From Eledone cirrhosa (Eukaryota), in contig OZ024740.1 of assembly GCA_964016885.1 (NCBI GenBank), forward strand, positions 204,414,001 through 204,478,000: a stretch of DNA of 64,000 nt, read 5' to 3'. The position numbers and the translations under genes were made by a program. Positions 1-13,423 of the stretch are shown one piece after another (position 1 is the first letter of the stretch; each line of letters begins with the position of its first letter). A model generated the notes under the pieces. The model was not told the DNA's origin, did no database searches, and saw only the letters and a program-made list of their open reading frames with translations.

Positions 1-3000
1 ACCAGACGTGTCTGTGTTGTTAAGGTGTTCATTATATACCCAGACGTGGCTGTGTTATTAAGGAGTTCGTTATAGACACAGACGGGGCTGTGTTGTTAAG
101 GAGTTCATTAGAGACCCAGACGTGGCTGTGTTGTTAAGGAGTTTGTTATAGACCCAGACGTGGCTGTGTTATAGACCCAGACGTGGCTGTGTTATAGACC
201 CAGCCGTGGCTGTGTTATAGATCCAGACGTGGCTATGTTATTAAGAAGTTTCTTATAGACCCAGACGTGGCTGTGTTGTTAAGGAGTTTGTTATAGACTC
301 AGACGTGGCTGTGTTATTAAGGAGTTTGTTATAGCCCCATATCGGCTGTGTTGTTAAGGAGTTCGTTATAGACACAGACGTGGCTGTGTTATTAAGGAGT
401 TTATTATAGACCCAGACGTGGCTGTGTTATTAAGGGTTTCTTATAGACCCAGACGTGGCTCTGTTGTTAAGGAGATCGTTATAGACACAGACGGGGCTGT
501 GTTGTTAAGGAGTTTCTTATAGACCCAGACGTGGCTGTGTTCTTAAGGGGTTTCTTATAGACCCAGACGTGGCTGTGTTGGTAAGGATTTTGTTATAGAC
601 CCAGACGTGACTGTGTTATTAAGGAGTTTATTATAGACCCAGACGTGGCTGTGTTATTAAGGGTTTCTTATAGACACAGGCGTGGCTGTGTTATTAAGGA
701 GTTTATTATAGACCCAGACGTGGCTGTGTTATTAAGGAGTTTGTTATAGACCCAGACGTGGATATGTTATTAAGGGGTTTCTTATAGACCCAGACGTGGC
801 TGTGTTGGTAAGGAGTTTGTTATAGACACAGACGTGGCTGTGTTGTTAAGGAGTTCGTTATAGACGCAGACGGGGCTGTGATGTTAAGGAGTTTCCTATA
901 GACCCAGACGTGGCTGTGTTGTTAAGGAGTTCGTTATAGACACAGACGGGGCTGTGTTGTTAAGGATTTTCTTATAGACCCAGACGGGGCTGTGTTGTTA
1001 AGGAGTTTCTTATAGACCGAGACGGGGCTGTGTTGTTAAGGAGTTTCTTATACACCCAGCCGTGGCTGTATTGTTAAGGAGTTCGTTATAGACACAGACG
1101 TGGCTGTGTTGTTAAGGAGTTTCTTATAGACCCAGACGTGGGTGTGTTGTTAAGGAGTTCCTTATAGACACAGACGGGGCTGTGAAGTTAAAGGCGTTTG
1201 TTATAGACCCAGACGTGACTGTGTTATTAAGGAGTTTATTATAGACCCAGACGTGGCTGTGTTGTTAAGGAGTTTGTTATAGACCCAGACGTGGCTATGT
1301 TATTAAGAAGTTTCTTATAGACCCAGACGTGGCTGTGTTATTAAGGAGTTTGTTATAGCCCCAGATCAGCTGTGTTGTTAAGGAGTTCGTTATAGACACA
1401 GACGGTGCTGTGTTATTAAGGAGTTTATTATAGACCCAGACGTGGCTGTGTTATTAAGGGGTTTCTTATAGACCCAGAGGTGGCTTAGTTATTAAGGAGT
1501 TTATTATAGACCCAGACGTGGCGGTGTTGTAAAGGAGTTCGTTATAGACCCAGACGTGGCTGTGTTATTACGGAGTTTATTATAGACCCAGACGTTGCTG
1601 TGTTATTAAGGAGTTTGTTATAGACCCAGACGTTGCTGTGTTGTTAAGGAGTTTGTTATAGACCATGACGTGGCTGTGTTGTTAAGGAGTTCGCTATAGA
1701 CACAGACGGGGCAGTGTTATTAAGGAGTTCATTATAGACCCAGACGTGGCTGTGTTATAGACACAGACGTGGCTGTGTTATAGACCCAGACGTGGCTGTG
1801 TTATTAAGAAGTTTATTATACACCCAGACGTAACTGTGTTGTTAAGGAGTTCGTTATAGACCCAGACGTGGCTATGTTATTAAGGAGTTCGTTATAGACC
1901 CAGACGCGGCTGCGTTATTAAGGAGTTTATTATCGAACCAGACGTGGCTGTGTTGTTAAGAAGTTCGTTTTAGACACAGACGGGGCTGTGTTATTAAGGA
2001 GTTTATTATAGACCCAGACGTGGCTGTGTTGTTAAGGAGTTCGTTATAGACACAGAAGGGGGTGTGTTATTAAGGACTTTATTATAGACCCAGACGTGGC
2101 TGTGTTGTTATGGAGTTCGTTATAGACACAGATGGGGCTGTATTATTAAGGAGTTTATTATACACCCAGACGTGACTGTGTTGTTAAGGAGTTTATTATA
2201 GACCCAGACTATGGCTGTGTTATTAACGAGTTTATTATAGACCCAGACGTGGCTGTGTTGTTAAGGTGTTCATTATAGACCCAAAACTGGCTGTGTTATT
2301 AAGGAGTTCGTTATAGACACAGATGGGGCTGTGTTGTTAAGGAGTTCATTATAGACCCAGACGTGGCTGTGTTGTTAAGGAGTTTCTTATAGACCCAGAC
2401 GTGGCTGTGTTATAGACCCAGACGTGGCTATGTTATTAAGAAGTTTCTTATAGACCCAGACGTGGCTGTGTTGTTAAGGAGTTTGTTATAGACTCAGACG
2501 TGGCTGTGTTATTAAGGAGTTTGTTATAGCCCCAGATCGGCTGTGTTGTTAAGGAGTTCGTTATAGACCCAGACGTGGCTGTGTTATTAACGACTTTATT
2601 ATAGACCCAGACGTAGCTGTGTTGTTAAGGAGTTCGTTATAGACCCAGACGTGTCTGTGTTATTAAGGACTTTATTATAGACCCAGACGTAGCTGTGTTG
2701 TTAAGGAGTTCGTTATAGACCCAGACGTGGCTGTGTTATTAAGAAGTTTATTATACACCCAGACGTAACTGTGTTGTTAAGGAGTTCGTTATAGACCCAG
2801 ACGTGGCTATGTTATTAAGGAGTTCGTTATAGACCCAGACGCGGCTGCGTTATTAAGGAGTTTATTATCGAACCAGACGTGGCTGTGTTGTTAAGGAGTT
2901 CGTTATAGACACAGACGGGGCTGTGTTATTAAGGAGTTTATTATAGACCCAGACGTGGCTGTGTTGTTAAGGAGTTCGTTATAGACACAGATGGGGCTGT

Positions 3001-6000
3001 ATTATTAAGGAGTTTATTATACACCCAGACGTGACTGTGTTGTTAAGGAGTTTATTATAGACCCAGACTATGGCTGTGTTATTAAGGAGTTTATTATAGA
3101 CCCAGATGTGTCTGTGTTGTTAAGGTGTTCATTATAGACCCAAAACTGGCTGTGTTATTAAGGAGTTCGTTATAGACACAGATGGGGCTGTGTTGTTAAG
3201 GAGTTTATTATAGACCCAGACGTGGCTGTGTTATTAACGGGTTTCTTATAGACCCAGACGTGGCTGTGTTATTAAGGAGTTTATTATAGACCCAGACGTG
3301 GCGGTGTTGTTAAGGAGTTCGTTATAGACGCAGACGGGGCTGTGTTATTAAGGTGTTTATTATAGACCCAGACGTGGCTGTGTTATTAAGGGGTTTCTTA
3401 TAGACCCAGACGTGGCTGTGTTATTAAGGAGTTTATTATAGACCCAGACGTGGCGGTGTTGTTAAGGAGTTCGTTATAGACCCAGCGTGGCTGTGTTATT
3501 AAGGACTTTATTATAGACCCAGACGTAGCTGTGTTGTTAAGGAGTTCGTTATAGACCCAGACGTGGCTGTGTTATTAAGAAGTTTATTATACACCCAGAC
3601 GTAACTGTGTTGTTAACGAGTTCGTTATAGACCCAGACGTGGCTATGTTATTAAGGAGTTCGTTATAGACCCAGACGCGGCTGCGTTATTAAGGAGTTTA
3701 TTATCGAACCAGACGTGGCTGTGTTGTTAAGGAGTTCGTTATAGACACAGACGGGGCTGTGTTATTAAGGAGTTTATTATAGACCCAGACGTGGCTGTGT
3801 TGTTAAGGAGTTCGTTATAGACACAGACGGGGATGTGTTATTAAGGAGTTTATTATAGACCCAGACGTGGCTGTGTTGTTAAGGAGTTCGTTATAGACAG
3901 AGATGGGGCTGTATTATTAAGGAGTTTATTATACACCAAGACGTGACTGTGTTGTTAAGGAGTTTATTATAGACCCAGACTATGGCTGTGTTATTAACGA
4001 GTTTATTATAGACCCAGATGTGTCTGTGTTGTTAAGGTGTTCATTATAGACCCAAAACTGGCTGTGTTATTAAGGAGTTCGTTATAGACAGAGATGGGGC
4101 TGTGTTGTTAAGGAGTTCATTATAGACCCAGACGTGGCTGTGTTCTTAAGGAGTTTCTTATAGACCCAGACGTGGCTGTGTTATAGACCCAGACGTGGCT
4201 ATGTTATTAAGAAGTTTCTTATAGACCCAGACGTGGCTGTGTTGTTAAGGAGTTTGTTATAGACTCAGACGTGGCTGTGTTATTAAGGAGTTTGTTATAG
4301 CCCCAGATCGGCTGTGTTGTTAAGGAGTTCGTTATAGACACAGACGGGGCTGTGTTATTAAGTAGTTTATTATAGACCCAGACGTGGCTGTGTTATTAAG
4401 GGGTTTCTGATAGACCCAGACGTGGCTGTGTTATTAAGGAGTTTATTATAGACCCAGACGTGGCGGTGTTGTAAAGGAGTTCGTTATAGGCCCAGACGTG
4501 GCTGTGTTATTAAGGAGTTTATTATAGACCCAGACGTTGCTGTGTTATTAAGGAGTTTATTATAGACCCAGACGTGGCGGTGTTGTTAAGGAGTTCGTTA
4601 TAAACCCAGACGTGGCTGTGTTATTAAGGACTTTATTATAGACCCAGACGTAGCTGTGTTGTTAAGGAGTTCGTTATAGACCCAGACGTGGCTGTGTTAT
4701 TAAGAAGTTTATTATACACCCAGACGTAACTGTGTTGTTAAGGAGTTCGTTATAGACCCAGACGTGGCTATGTTATTAAGGAGTTCGTTATAGACCCAGA
4801 CGCGGCTGCGTTATTAAGGAGTTTATTATCGAACCAGACGTGGCTGTGTTGTTAAGGAGTTCGTTATAGACACAGACGGGGCTGTGTTATTAAGGAGTTT
4901 ATTATAGACCCAGACGTGGCTGTGTTGTTAAGGAGTTCGTTATAGACACAGATGGGGCTGTATTATTAAGGAGTTTATTATACACCCAGACGTGACTGTG
5001 TTGTTAAGGAGTTTATTATAGACCCAGACTATGGCTGTGTTATTAAGGAGTTTATTATAGACCCAGATGTGTCTGTGTTGTTAAGGTGTTCATTATAGAC
5101 CCAAAACTGGCTGTGTTATTAAGGAGTTCGTTATAGACACAGATGGGGCTGTGTTGTTAAGGAGTTTATTATAGACCCAGACGTGGCTGTGTTGTTAAGT
5201 AGTTTATTATAGACCCAGGCGTGGTTGTGTCGTTAAGTAGTTCGTTATAGACACAGACGGGGCTGTGTTGTTAAGGAGTTTGTTATAGACCCAGAAGTGG
5301 CTGTGTTGTTAAGGTGTTTGTTATAGACCCAGACGTGACTGTGTTATTAAGGAGTTCGTTAAAGACGTAAATGTTGTTGTGTTGTTAAGCAGTTTATTAT
5401 AGACCCAGACGTGGCTGTATTATTAAGGAGTTTATTATAGACCCAGACGTGGCTGTGTTGTTAAGGATTTCGTTATAGACCCAGATGTGGCTGTGTTATT
5501 AAGGAGTGTATTATAGACCCAGACGGGGCTGTGTTGTTAACGAGTTCGTTATAGACCAAGAAGGGCTGTGTTATTAAGGAGTTTGTTATCGACCCAGACG
5601 TGGCTGTGTTGTTAAGGAGTTCGTTATACTCCCAGACGTGGCTGTGTTATAAAGGAGTTCGTTATAAACACGGGGGGGGGGCTGTGTTGTTAAGAAGTTC
5701 GTTATAGACCCAGATGTGGCTGTGTTATTAAGGAGTTTATTATAGACCCAGACGTGACTGTGTTGTTAAGGAGTTCGTTATAGACCCAGACGTGGCTGTG
5801 TTATTAAGGAGTTCGTTATAGCCGCAGACGTAGTTGTGTTGTTAAGTAGTTTATGATAGACCCAGACATGGCTGTGATGTTAAGGAGTTCGTTATAGACA
5901 CAGACGGTTCTTTGTTGGTAAGGAGTTTGTTATCGACCCAGACGAGGCTGTGTTGTTAAGGAGTTTGTTATAGACCCAGACATGGCTGTGTTATTAAGGA

Positions 6001-9000
6001 GTTCGTTATAGACCGAAATGTGGTTGTGTTCTTAAGGAGTTTATTATAGACACGGACGTGGTTGTGTTGTTAAGGAGTTTATTATAGACCCGGACGGGGT
6101 TGTGTTGTTAAGGAATTTGTTATAGACCCAGATGTAGTTGCGTGGTTAAGGAGTTTATTATAGACCCAGACGTGGCTGTGTTGTTAATGAGTTCGTTATA
6201 GACCCAGACGTGGCTGTGTTATTAAGTAGTTTATTATAGACCCAGACGTGACTGTGTTGTTAAGGAGTTCGTTATAGACCAAGACGGGCTGTGTTATTAA
6301 GGAGTTTATTATCGACCCAGACGTGGCTGTGTTGTTAAGGAGTTTGTTATAGTCCCAGACGTCGCTGTGATATTAAGGAGTTCGTTATAGACACGAACGG
6401 GGCTGTGTTGTTAAGGAGTTCGTTATAGACCCAGATGTTGCTGTGTTATTAAGGAGTTTGTTATAGACCCAGACGTGGCTGTGTTATTAAGGAGTTCGTT
6501 ATAGACACAGACGTAGTTGTGTTATTAAGGAGTTTATTATAGACCCAGACGTGGCTGTGATATTAAGGAGTTCGTTATAGACACAGACGGGGCTTTGTTT
6601 TTAAGGAGTTTGTTATCGACCCAGACGTGGCTGTGTTGTTAAGGAGTTTGTTATAGACCCAGACGTGGCTGTGTTATAGACCCAGACGTGGCTGTGTTAT
6701 TAAGGAGTTTCTTATAGACCCAGATGTGGCTGTGTCGTTAAGGAGTTTGTTATAGACTCAGACGTGGCTGTGTTGTTAGGAGTTTGTTATAGACCCAGAC
6801 TTGGCTGTGTGATTAAGGCGTTTGTTATTGACCCAGATCGGCTGTGTTGTTAAGGAGTTCGTTATAGACACAGACGGGGCTGTGTTATTAAGGAGTTTAT
6901 TATAGACCCAGACGTGTCTGTGTTGTTAAGGTGTTTGTTATAGTCCCAGACGTGGCTGTGTTGTTACGGAGTTTGTTATAGATCCAGACGTGGCTGTGTT
7001 GTTATGGAGTTTGTTATAGACCCAGACGTGTCTGTGTTGTTAAGGTGTTTGTTATAGTCCCAGACGTGGCTGTTTTGTTACGGAGTTTGTTATAGACCCA
7101 GACGTGGCTGTGTTGTTAAGGAGTTTGTTATAGACCCAGACGTGGTTTTGTGGTTAACGAATTAGTTATAGACACAGACGTGGCTGTGTTGTTAAGGAGT
7201 TTATTATAGACACGGATGTGGTTGTGTTGTTAAGGAGTTTATTATAGACCCAGACGGGGCTGTGTTGTTAAGGAGTTTATTATAGACCCAGACGTGGCTG
7301 TGTTGTTAAAGAGTTTATTATAGGCCCAGACGTGGTTGTGTGGTTAAGGAGTTTATTATAGACCCAGACGTGGCTGTGTTATTAAGGAGTTTATTATAGA
7401 CCCAGACGTGGCTGTGTTATTAAGTAGTTTGTTATAGACCCAGACGTGGTTGTGTGGTTAAGGAGTTTATTATAGACCCAGACGTGACTGTGTTATTAAG
7501 GAGTTTGTTATAGACCCAGACGTGGCTGTGTTATTAAGTAGTTTGTTATAGACCCAGACGTGGTTGTGTGGTTAAGGAGTTTATTATAGACCCAGACGTG
7601 GCTGTGTTATTAAGGAGTTTATTATAGACCCAGACGTGGCTGTGTTATTAAGTAGTTTGTTATAGACCCAGACGTGGTTGTGTGGTTAAGGAGTTTATTA
7701 TAGACCCAGACGTGGCTGTGTTATTAAGGAGTTTATTATAGAACCAGACGTGGCAGTGTTGTTAAGGAGTTTGTTACCGACCCAGACGTGGCTGTGTTGT
7801 TAAGGAGTTTGTTATAGACCCAGACGTGGCTGTGTTATAGACCCAGGCGTGGCTGTGTTATTAAGGAGTTTCTTATAGACCCAGACGTGGCTGTGTTGTT
7901 AGGAGTTTGTTATAGACCCAGACTTGGCTATGTTATTACGGAGTTTGTTATTGACCCAGACGTAGCTGTGTTGTTAAGGAGTTCGTTATAGACACAGACG
8001 GGGCTGTGTTATTAAGGAGTTCGTTATAGACACAGACGGGGCTGTGTTGTTAAGGAGTTTGTTATAGACCCAGAAGTGGCTGTGTTGTTAAGGTGTTTGT
8101 TATAGACCCAGACGTGACTGTGTTATTAAGGAGTGCGTTAAAGACGCAAATGTTGTTGTGTTGTTAAGCAGTTTATTATAGACCCAGACGTGGCTGTGTT
8201 ATTAAGGAGTTTATTATAGACCCAGACGTGGCTGTGTTGTTAAGGATTTCGTTATAGACCCAGACGTGGCTGTGTTATTAAGGAGTGTATTATAAACCCA
8301 GACGTGGCTGTCTTGTTAACGAGTTCGTTATAGACCAAGACGGGCTGTGTTATTAAGGAGTTTATTATCGACCCAGACGTGGCTGTGTTGTTAAGGAGTT
8401 CGTTATACTCCCAGACGTGGCTGTGTTATTAAGGAGTTCGTTATAGACACGGGCGGAGCTGTGTTGTTAAGGAGTTCGTTATAGACCCATATGTGGCTGT
8501 GTTATTAAGGAGTTTATTATAGACCCAGACGTGACTGTGTTGTTAAGGAGTTCGTTATAGACCCAGACGTGGCTGTGTTATTAAGGAGTTCGTTATAGCC
8601 ACAGGCGTAGTTGTGTTGTTAAGGAGTTTATTATAGACCCAGACATGGCTGTGATGTTAAGGAGTTCGTTATAGACACAGACGGGTCTTTGTTGGTAAGG
8701 AGTTTGTTATCGACCCAGACGAGGCTGTGTTGTTAAGGAGTTTGTTATAGACCCAGACATGGCTGTGTTATTAAGGAGTTCGTTATAGACCGAAATGTGG
8801 TTGTGTTCTTAAGGAGTTTATTATAGACACGGACGTGGTTGTGTTGTTAAGGAGTTTATTATAGACCCGGACGGGGTTGTGTTGTTAAGGAATTCGTTAT
8901 AGACCCAGATGTAGTTGCGTGGTTAAGGAGTTTATTATAGACCCAGACGTGGCTGTGTTGTTAATGAGTTCGTTATAGACCCAGACGTGGCTGTGTTATT

Positions 9001-11665
9001 AAGGAGTTTATTATAGACCCAGACGTGACTGTGTTGTTAAGGAGTTCGTTATAGACCAAGACGGGCTGTGTTATTAAGGATTTTATTATCGACCCAGACG
9101 TGGCTGTGTTGTTAAGGAGTTTGTTATAGTCCCAGACATCGCTGTGATATTAAGGAGTTCGTTATAGACACGAACGGGGCTGTGTTGTTAAGGAGTTCGT
9201 TATAGACCCAGATGTGGCTGTGTTATTAAGGAGTTTGTTATAGACCCAGACGTGGCTGTGTTATTAAGGAGTTCGTTATAGACACAGACGTAGTTGTGTT
9301 ATTAAGGAGTTTATTATAGACCCAGACATGGCTGTGATGTTAAGGAGTTCGTTATAGACACAGACGGGTCTTTGTTGGTAAGGAGTTTGTTATCGACCCA
9401 GACGAGGCTGTGTTGTTAAGGAGTTTGTTATAGACCCAGACATGGCTGTGTTATTAAGGAGTTCGTTATAGACCGAAATGTGGTTGTGTTCTTAAGTAGT
9501 TTATTATAGACACGGACGTGGTTGTGTTGTTAAGGAGTTTATTATAGACCCGGACGGGGTTGTGTTGTTAAGGAATTCGTTATAGACCCAGATGTAGTTG
9601 CGTGGTTAAGGAGTTTATTATAGACCCAGACGTGGCTGTGTTGTTAATGAGTTCGTTATAGACCCAGACGTGGCTGTGTTATTAAGGAGTTTATTATAGA
9701 CCCAGACGTGACTGTGTTGTTAAGGTGTTTGTTATAGTCCCAGACGTGGCTGTGTTGTTAAGGAGTTTATTATAGACCCAGACATGGCTGTGTTATTAAG
9801 GAGTTCGTTATAGACCGAAATGTGGTTGTGTTGTTAAGGAGTTTATTATAGACACGGACGTGGGTGTGTTGTTAAGGAGTTTATTATAGACCCAGACGGG
9901 GTTGTGATGTTAAGGAATTCGTTATAGACCCAGATGTAGTTGTGTGGTTAAGGAGTTTATTATAGACCCAGACGTGGTTGTATGGTTAAGGAGTTTATTA
10001 TAGACCCAGACGTGGTTGTGTTGTTAAGGAGTTCGTTATAGACCCAGACGTAGTTGTGTTGTTAAGGTGTTTGTTATAGTCCCAGACGTGGCTGTGTTGT
10101 TAAGGAGTTTATTATAGACAGAGACGTGGCTGCGTTGTTAAGGAGTTTGTTATAGACCCAGACGTGGCTGTGTTATTAAGGAGTTTATTATAGACCCAGA
10201 CGTGGTTGTGTGGTTAAGGAGTTCGTTATAGACACTGGCGGGGCTGTGTTATTAAGGAGTTCGTTATAGACACAGACTGGGCTGTGTTGTTAAGGAGGTT
10301 GTTATAGACCCAGACGTGGCTGTGTTAATAAGGAGTTTATTATAGACCCAGGCGTGGTTGTGTGGTTAAAGAGTTCGTTATAGACACAGACGGGGCTGTG
10401 TTGTTAAGGGGTTTGTTATAGACCCAGACGTGACTGTGTTATTAAGGAGTTCGTTAAAGACGTAAATGTTGTTGTGTTGATAAGCAGTTTATTATAGACA
10501 CGGACGTGGCTGTGTTATTAAGGAGTTTATTATAGACTCAGACGTGGCTGTGTTGTTAAGGAGTTCGTTATAGACACATGCGGGGCTGTGTTGTTTCGGA
10601 GTTTGTTATAGACCCAGACGTGGCTGTGTTATTAAGTAGTCTATTATAGACACGGATGTGGTTGTGTTGTTAAGGAGTTTATTATAGACCCAGACGGGAC
10701 TGTGTTGTTAAGGTGTTTGTTATAGTCCCAGACGTGGCTGTGTTGTTACGGAGTTTGTTATAGACCCAGACGTGGCTGTGTTATTAAGTAGTTTATTATA
10801 GACACGGATGTGGTTGTGTTGTTAAGGAGTTTATTATAGACCCAGACGGGGCTGTGTTGTTAAGGAGTTTATTATAGGCCCAGACGTGGTTGTGTGGTTA
10901 AGGAGTTTATTATAGACCCAGACGTGGCTGTGTTATTAATGAGTTTATTATAGACCCAGACGTGGCTGTGTTATTAAGTAGTTTGTTATAGACCCAGACG
11001 TGGTTGTGTGGTTAAGGAGTTTATTATAGACCCACACGTGGCTGTGTTATTAAGGAGTTTGTTATAGAATCAGACGTGGCAGTGTTGTTAAGGAGTTTGT
11101 TACCGACCAAGACGTGGCTGTGTTGTTAAGGAGTTTGTTATAGACCCAGACGTGGCTGTGTTATTAAGGAGTTTCTCATAGACCCAGACGTGGCTGTGTT
11201 GTTAAGGAGTTTGTTATAGACTCAGACGTGGCTGTGTTGTTAGGAGTTTGTTATAGACCCAGACTTGGCTGTGTTATTAAGGAGTTTGTTATTGACCCAG
11301 ATCGGCTGTGTTGTTAAGGGGTTCGTTATAGACACAGACGGGGCTGTGTTATTAAGGAGTTTATTATAGACCCAGACGTGGCTGTGTTATTAAGGGCTTT
11401 CTTATCGACCCAGACGTGGCTGTGTTATTAGGGATTTTATTATAGACCCAGACGTGGGTGTGTTGTTAAGGAGTTCGTTATAGACCCAGACGTGGCTGTG
11501 TTGTTAAGGAGTTTGTTATAGACCCAGACGTGGCTGTGTTATTAAGTAGTATGTTATAGACCCAGACGTGGTTTTGTGGTTAACGAGTTAGTTATAGACA
11601 CAGACGTGGCTGTGCTGTTAAGGAGTTTATTATAGACACGGATGTGGTTGTGTTGTTAAGGAGTT
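1..11665. repeat. 38-bp satellite array, block 1 (continues beyond the left edge)
   Basis: Tandem monomer GACCCAGACGTGGCTGTGTT(G/A)TTAAGGAGTT(T/C)(G/A)TTATA, with occasional 23-bp truncated monomers GACCCAGACGTGGCTGTGTTATA (e.g. 151-220); the ORF track shows nothing here until the LTR junction. Confidence 0.98.
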
Positions 11666-12034
11666 TATAGCGGGAATACTGGGCTGCATGAATGTAACAA
11701 GGAATACATTGTTTGTGTAGATAATATTTAATTAACAATGGTAGATAGTATAGTTGACATGTCAAAGGAATGGTGATCGAATGAAGCAAAGTTAGTAGTT
11801 ACCGTTTTGATTGCCAGGCAAACGCGGCTGGCAGAGGACGCCTGGCTAAGGCCAGGCGCCTGTTGGCCAAATGAATGGCTGAGCCAAATGAGAGGCTCTT
11901 GACCTGGTGCCGAAAAGGCAATGAGAGCAAGAGAGCTTAAAGTTGTTAGTTTTATAGGGCTCTGACCGGAAGTTGCAGAAAGGGCTCTACTTCCCGTCTA
12001 GATCCTAATCAAAACAAGGGAGACAACCGCTACA
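11666..12034 (-). repeat. 3' LTR of element A (LTR-A)
   Basis: Minus strand begins TGTAGCGG and ends CCGCTATA; preceded on minus by a polypurine tract. Confidence 0.95.
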
Positions 12035-12047
12035 TAACCTCCCGCCA
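12035..12047 (-). promoter_or_regulatory. Polypurine tract of element A
   Basis: Minus-strand TGGCGGGAGGTTA abuts the TGTAG LTR start; homologous to GGCGGGGGATAA before the LTR at 27652. Confidence 0.8.
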
Positions 12048-12459
12048 GAATTTTAGTGTATAAAAATCGAAATGAAAATATGTAGCAAGTTGGCGAGAAT
12101 GTTGTAACAGGCATGAAAATTACGACAAAAGAATGTTTGGAAAAATCAATGATAGATATCAAGGTAGCCAACCGCTCTTGGCCAGAGAACGACTGGACAT
12201 CCATCTATCCATCACCCAAAGATACAATGTAATAAAGTAAAAGTAATAGAAGAGCTCAAAGTTCAAATGTACAAAATATAGTTCACAGGTGTGCAATCAC
12301 ATGACAGCAGGAAAGAAAGTGTGTTCCAGAGAATGAATGCAGGTGGTTTCTGTTCTGTGGTATATCGTGAAATTTCCAACCTCCGAATGGATTTTCTCAC
12401 AGGACGAGTGCTGCAAAAATAAATTCTCTGGCTTTGGTTGTTGGTGAAGCTGAGTTGAT

Positions 12460-12566
12460 GTATTGCTGTTGCTGTTGCTGCTGCTGCTGTTGCTGCTGTA
12501 TTGCTGTTGCTGTTATATTGCTGTTGCTGCTGCTGTTGCTGTTATATTGCTGTTGGTGTTGCTGCC
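12460..12566. repeat. (GCT/GTT)n trinucleotide tract in the element A 3' UTR
   Basis: Direct reading; absent from the homologous UTR at 27300-27350. Confidence 0.85.
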
Positions 12567-12953
12567 GAGTGAGCGTATTCGGTGTTTAAATTCACAGTAA
12601 ACAAAAAAATTTTCAGAAAAAATGAGTTGCGCAAAGTGCTAGAAATAGCAGCCGAAGTTGATGGTCGATGTTGAGAATGCGTTGACCTGGAAGGGTCCAG
12701 AGGCCAGCGACCAGAGAAATAAGCATTCTTACTAAATGCGCGGTTATCAACGGTAAATTTACATTGCAAACTTATAAACCGGCAAATAGAAGAATATAGC
12801 TTAAAATGTTCGTTGTAAAGGAAACGAAAAACATATATATACATCCAGTGAAATGGTCATGCGAGGTACATTGCAATACAATAAATCAAATAAATAAGAA
12901 CAACAAAAAAAATATATATATATATATATATATATAAGGCACCAATGGCCAGT

Positions 12954-13423
12954 TCATATAAAAATAGTTTGGCAGAACTTCTTGGGCCAGTGGACTCTCC
13001 GACCGAAACGGGTCGTAGTCTTGTATGTAGGTGATGGTGGCGAAGAAGGAGCAGGTGTATGCACAATGGTGAAAGATTTGGGTATTTGTGGCTCGGGTGA
13101 ATGAGCGTCATTGTATGCCCTTTTCAGTCTATCCACCGAAATTGTCTCTCTGGACCCCTTAACGTCTACAGTGAAATGTTTGTCAGTGCGTGTTAACACA
13201 CGGTAGGGTCCAGAGTATGGTTGTGTGAGGGGTGGTCTCACAGCATCGTTCCTTACGAACACATGGGTCCACGAGGCAATGTCCCTCGGGACCGCATGTT
13301 TTACAGTTTGCTTCCTCGTATCCATCGGCGGCAGGTCCTGTAAATAAGAACGCAGACGGGATACGTAGGAAAGCGGATCTTGGAAAGCAAGATCAACAGG
13401 GGCAAGCATTTGCCCAGGCCAAC
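12954..13423 (-). pseudogene. pol: Gypsy integrase C-terminal fragment (GPY/F region)
   Basis: Translation PGQM...THVFVRNDAVRPPLTQPYSGPYRVL...HFTVDVKG...ISVDRLKRA...TRFGRRV, typical of Ty3/Gypsy integrase ends; 5' part missing. Confidence 0.92.

Noticed and set aside
11592-12844. Short ORFs in LTR-A and the 3' UTR, or an env-like gene
   Set aside because: No recognisable motifs; short, and not kept intact in the element B homologue
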